Origin: Candidatus Eiseniibacteriota bacterium
GTDB taxonomy: Bacteria > Joyebacterota > Joyebacteria > Joyebacterales > Joyebacteraceae
NCBI GenBank assembly: GCA_030595835.1
Contig: JAUVLG010000004.1
Location: forward strand, 1 to 58,124
Direction: 5' to 3'
Length of the DNA stretch: 58,124 nt
A program made the position numbers and the translations under genes. Under the pieces are notes generated by a model. That model was not told the DNA's origin. It saw only the letters and a list, made by a program, of their open reading frames with translations, and made no database searches. Below, one piece after another: positions 55,070 through 58,124 of the stretch (positions are counted from its first letter, which is position 1; every line of letters starts with the position of its first letter).

Positions 55070-56080
55070 ATGAGACTCATTGCAGCGATAGTGATCGCGC
55101 TTGTGATCCCGGCCTACGCACTTGCGGGCCCGAGCATCGTTGGTAGCATGCAGGGCTGGGACCCGGCCGATCCGGCCTACGATCTTGCGGTCAACGGCAA
55201 CGGTGTCTACGTGCTGACGACGAGCCTGCTCGCCGGCTTCTACGAGTACAAGGTCACGGAGACCGATGCCTGGGACGGCAATGACTGGCCCGGTACGAAC
55301 CAGAGCTTCACGCTTGCGGGCGATGACGACGTCACGTGGTTCGTCAACCTGGGCGCCACGGCCGGCTTGAAGGAGGGCGACGAGTACGTCTTCCACGGCA
55401 TGAATCCCCCGATCGTCGTGGGCGATATGCAGAGCGAGCTCGGCGGCAGCGACTGGGACCCGTTCGACACGGTCAACAGCGTGATGTCCGACCCCGACCT
55501 CGACGACGTCTGGGAACTCACGGTCGTCATCGCGCCCGAGGGCGACTACCAGTGCAAGGTCGTGCTGAACAACAACTGGGACCAGAGCACCGGCGACAAC
55601 GTGTCGTTCCACTCCGACGGCGTGACTCCCGTCACCTTCACGTACGACATGTCGAACAACACGACGACCATCTCGTCGCAGGTCGTGACGCAGCAGGATG
55701 TGCTTGTCACGTTCACCATGTGTCTGCCCGACACCGTCGACAGCTTCTTCGACGTGTGCGTCACCGGCAGTCACCCGTCCCTGACCAACTGGGGATTCGG
55801 TATCGTGATGGGTCAGCCCTGCCCGACCATTCAGGCGAAGCTCTGGTCCGTGGATATTCTGTTCCCGGCGGGCAGTGACCCGTTCGTCGAGTACAAGTAT
55901 AAGAAGGACGACTGCCAGACGTGGGAGAGCACGTGGAACCACAGCTTCGACATCGACGACTCGGCGCCGACGCAGGTTCTGGCGGCGGACGTCTGGGAGT
56001 ACCTGGGGACCGAGTGCCCGACCTGTGCGAGCCCCGTCGAGGACACGAGCTGGGGCACCATCAAGTCGATATACAAGTAG
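55070..56080 (+). CDS. secreted non-catalytic protein: two CBM-like beta-sandwich modules + CBM20-like module + WGxIK tail
   Basis: GAGAGGAGAGGAAG RBS. Signal peptide MRLIAAIVIALVIPAYALA. IVGSMQGWDPADP..GFYEYKV..W and VLNNNWDQS modules. VLVTFTMC..VCVTGSHPSLTNWG..FVEYKYKKDDCQTWE is CBM20-like. Ends CPTCASPVEDTSWGTIKSIYK*. Confidence 0.75.
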   Translation: MRLIAAIVIALVIPAYALAGPSIVGSMQGWDPADPAYDLAVNGNGVYVLTTSLLAGFYEYKVTETDAWDGNDWPGTNQSFTLAGDDDVTWFVNLGATAGLKEGDEYVFHGMNPPIVVGDMQSELGGSDWDPFDTVNSVMSDPDLDDVWELTVVIAPEGDYQCKVVLNNNWDQSTGDNVSFHSDGVTPVTFTYDMSNNTTTISSQVVTQQDVLVTFTMCLPDTVDSFFDVCVTGSHPSLTNWGFGIVMGQPCPTIQAKLWSVDILFPAGSDPFVEYKYKKDDCQTWESTWNHSFDIDDSAPTQVLAADVWEYLGTECPTCASPVEDTSWGTIKSIYK

Positions 56081-56112
56081 CTGGGGCTTGACCATTCTGC
56101 AGTGAAGTAGTG

Positions 56113-56147
56113 CGCAGAGCCCCGGCGGCAGGCGTCGGGGCTCTGCG
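56113..56147 (+). terminator. terminator-like hairpin
   Basis: CGCAGAGCCCCG-N11-CGGGGCTCTGCG followed by TGTT, 33 nt after the stop at 56080. Confidence 0.5.
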
Positions 56148-56237
56148 TGTTCAGCGAACAGCAACACGCGGGGCCCTGGAGAGCGGCCTCTGGTGACTGG
56201 ACGCAGTACTCCTCGATAGGGGAGAAGGAGGTAGAAC

Positions 56238-57944
56238 ATGAAGCTCTTTGCAGCGACCATGGTTCTGGCCATGCTGCTTGTTCCCGCGGCCGCTCTGGCC
56301 GGCCCGAGCATCGTCGGCAACTTCCAGTACTGGGACCCGGCGGACCCGGCGTATGATCTCACGCTCAACGCCAACGGTGTCTACGAGCTGACGATCTCGG
56401 CCGGCGACTCGCTCAACGTGTATAAGGTTACGGAGACGGACGTTTGGGACGGCAACGACTTCCCCTCGGACCAGTCGTTCACACCCGGCACGCCTCAGAG
56501 CGTGACGTTCCACGTCAACCTGGGCGCGGTGCCCGGCACCAAGCAGGGCGACGAGTACGTCTTCCACAGCCTGAACCCACCCATTGTTTGTGGAACCATC
56601 CAGGGCGCGCTCGGCGGCAGCAACTGGGATGCGGGGGACACGAGCACGACCGTTATGTCCGACGGTGACGGTGACGACGTGTGGGAGTTCAGTTCCGTCA
56701 TCACCGCGGGCAGCTACGAGTTCAAGATCGTTCTCAACAACAACTGGGACCAGAACACGTCTCCGGCGGGGAACATACCGTTCGGCTCGGACGGCGTGAA
56801 TCCGGTGACGATCAAGTACTACATGGCGACCAACACGACCGAGGTCGTCACGGCCGCTGCTCCAGCAGTGATCAGCGCTCCCATCGACTACGATGGGACC
56901 GCGGCCGGTCTCCTGTTCGTGCAGTTCTCGAAGGACGTCGAGCAGATCACGGCCGAGACCGAGGCCAACTACGTTATCACGGGAGGTCCGGGCGGGTCCT
57001 ACACGGTCGCGACGGCCACACGCGACGGGTCCGACGCGAGCCGCGTGCACCTCGACCTGGCCACGGCCCTCACGGAGGGCTACGACTACACGGTGACGGT
57101 GACCGGTGTCACCGACCTCGCCGGGACTCCGATCGACCCGTCGGCCAACACGGCCTGCTTCTATCTCCACAGGGTCGATCTCGAGATCAACATGCATATG
57201 TTCATCACCGCGAACGGCGTTCCGACGAGTCTGCACATCCAGGGCGACACGCACCCCCTCACGTGGGACCAGTGCGGCGGCGCCGAGACGTTCGACGGTG
57301 ATGCAGACTCCACGTATGTCGTGACCGAGTACTTCACGATGCACTACACCTGTGGCGCCAACGCCGAGTCGACGCTGGTCAAGTACAAGTACGTCGTCGA
57401 CTGCGCGACCTGGGAAGGCGATTTCGAGTTCGGTCACTTCGTGACGCTCGATCCAAACGCCGCGAGCCAGACCATGAACGTCTGGTGGGAGGACGTAGCT
57501 CCGGTCGACAACATCACGTGCGACGTGGGTGTGCTCTTCCAGGTCCACAACTCGCCCGCGTGCGCCGGCGGTCTGTTCGTCCGCGGAACCGAGCTGCCGC
57601 TCGATTGGTCGACGGGCGTTGAGCTGCTCGACGACGGCACTGGCGGTGACGTCACATCCGGTGACGACATCTTCAGCGCACAGGTCGTGTTCCCGACCGG
57701 CACATACAAGTTCCTGGAGTACAAGTACTTCTGCGCCGATGCAGGTACGACCGGTGTCTACGAGTGCGACGTGCTTCCGAACAGGAACCTCACGCTCGAC
57801 GACGTCAACGGCTGCATGGCGGTCCGTGAGGGCCCGATGGAGCTGGTGGACCTCTGGAACTGGTGCGAGCCCGTGACGGGCATGGGCCAGAACGTCCAGC
57901 AGAAGACGTGGGGTGAGATCAAGCACATATACAGGGCCAGGTAG
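56238..57944 (+). CDS. secreted non-catalytic protein: two CBM-like modules + SbsA/Big_5-like Ig domain + two CBM20-like modules + WGxIK tail
   Basis: GGAGAAGGAGG RBS. Signal peptide MKLFAATMVLAMLLVPAAALA. The first ~200 aa are paralogous to 55070-56080, also at the DNA level. FVQFSKDV..ANYVITGG..YTVTVTGVTDLAGTPI is Ig-like. LVKYKYVVDCATWEGD and FLEYKYFC..NRNLTLDD modules. Ends QQKTWGEIKHIYRAR*. Confidence 0.75.
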   Translation: MKLFAATMVLAMLLVPAAALAGPSIVGNFQYWDPADPAYDLTLNANGVYELTISAGDSLNVYKVTETDVWDGNDFPSDQSFTPGTPQSVTFHVNLGAVPGTKQGDEYVFHSLNPPIVCGTIQGALGGSNWDAGDTSTTVMSDGDGDDVWEFSSVITAGSYEFKIVLNNNWDQNTSPAGNIPFGSDGVNPVTIKYYMATNTTEVVTAAAPAVISAPIDYDGTAAGLLFVQFSKDVEQITAETEANYVITGGPGGSYTVATATRDGSDASRVHLDLATALTEGYDYTVTVTGVTDLAGTPIDPSANTACFYLHRVDLEINMHMFITANGVPTSLHIQGDTHPLTWDQCGGAETFDGDADSTYVVTEYFTMHYTCGANAESTLVKYKYVVDCATWEGDFEFGHFVTLDPNAASQTMNVWWEDVAPVDNITCDVGVLFQVHNSPACAGGLFVRGTELPLDWSTGVELLDDGTGGDVTSGDDIFSAQVVFPTGTYKFLEYKYFCADAGTTGVYECDVLPNRNLTLDDVNGCMAVREGPMELVDLWNWCEPVTGMGQNVQQKTWGEIKHIYRAR

Positions 57945-58091
57945 CAGCAGCGCAAACGACGCGACGGGCCGTCAGGGACGGCGCGCTCACAGCGCGAAGC
58001 ACGACATGAAGAGAGGCCGGACGGGGTGCAACCCAGTCCGGCTTCCTCTTGTCCTAAGAGGGGAGAGAGACGACCATCCCGGAAGTGACCA

Positions 58092-58120
58092 TTGACAGTC
58101 TGGTGCCCGTGTCATAGTTT
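58092..58120 (+). promoter_or_regulatory. sigma70-type promoter candidate reading out of the window
   Basis: caTTGACA-N17-TAGTTT at the right edge. Confidence 0.4.
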
Positions 58121-58124
58121 GGGC

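Noticed and set aside
54740-57926. 544-aa and 591-aa minus-strand ORFs opposite the CBM genes (54740-56374, 56151-57926)
   Set aside because: These are antisense shadows. The plus-strand genes have strong RBSs, signal peptides, paralogy and CBM20-like motifs. The minus-strand products are Arg/Val/Asp-rich and start-less in context.

Overview
High-GC (about two-thirds G+C by eye) chromosomal segment of a diderm bacterium. It is probably an uncultured FCB-type lineage; this is inferred only from FlgD-like/T9SS-type C-terminal domains and PorV/FadL-like barrels. I call about 46 protein genes, 2 tRNAs (Phe-GAA, Thr-CGU) and one gene remnant. I found no rRNA, CRISPR, transposase or integrase. Housekeeping genes: mnmA, tldD/pmbA, murJ, galE, an amidohydrolase, an EamA transporter, a 4Fe-4S protein, and a rubrerythrin-like pair followed by a rubredoxin that is missing from the ORF track. 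Most of the rest is envelope or secretome: TonB-dependent receptor, three FadL/PorV-like barrels, small beta-barrels paired with lipoproteins, a ~1680-aa repeat adhesin, a secreted nuclease, a secreted GH13 and CBM-only proteins. Intergenic regions follow a clear promoter grammar (TTGACA-N17/18-TAnnnT, often with a TGn extension), which helped fix start codons and operon borders. Main hunt results: (1) a short extreme-C-terminal signature (S/T-W-G-x-I/V-K-x-L-Y-R/K) on seven signal-peptide proteins of unrelated architecture plus one decayed remnant, a candidate undescribed sorting or anchoring tag; (2) an operon encoding a ParA ATPase fused to an AMPK-beta-type glycogen-binding module (CBM48), a degenerate MinD-like ATPase and an unknown protein, a candidate glycogen-granule positioning system; (3) a Ser/Thr kinase-TPR gene co-transcribed with two paralogous small proteins; (4) a giant CTD-bearing adhesin bracketed by two PorV/FadL-like barrels; (5) a membrane-domain/TonB-receptor in-frame fusion with an internal signal peptide; (6) a promoter- and terminator-delimited noncoding transcript. 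Many long ORFs in the track are antisense shadows typical of high-GC DNA. All family assignments come from motif recognition by eye, not from database searches.
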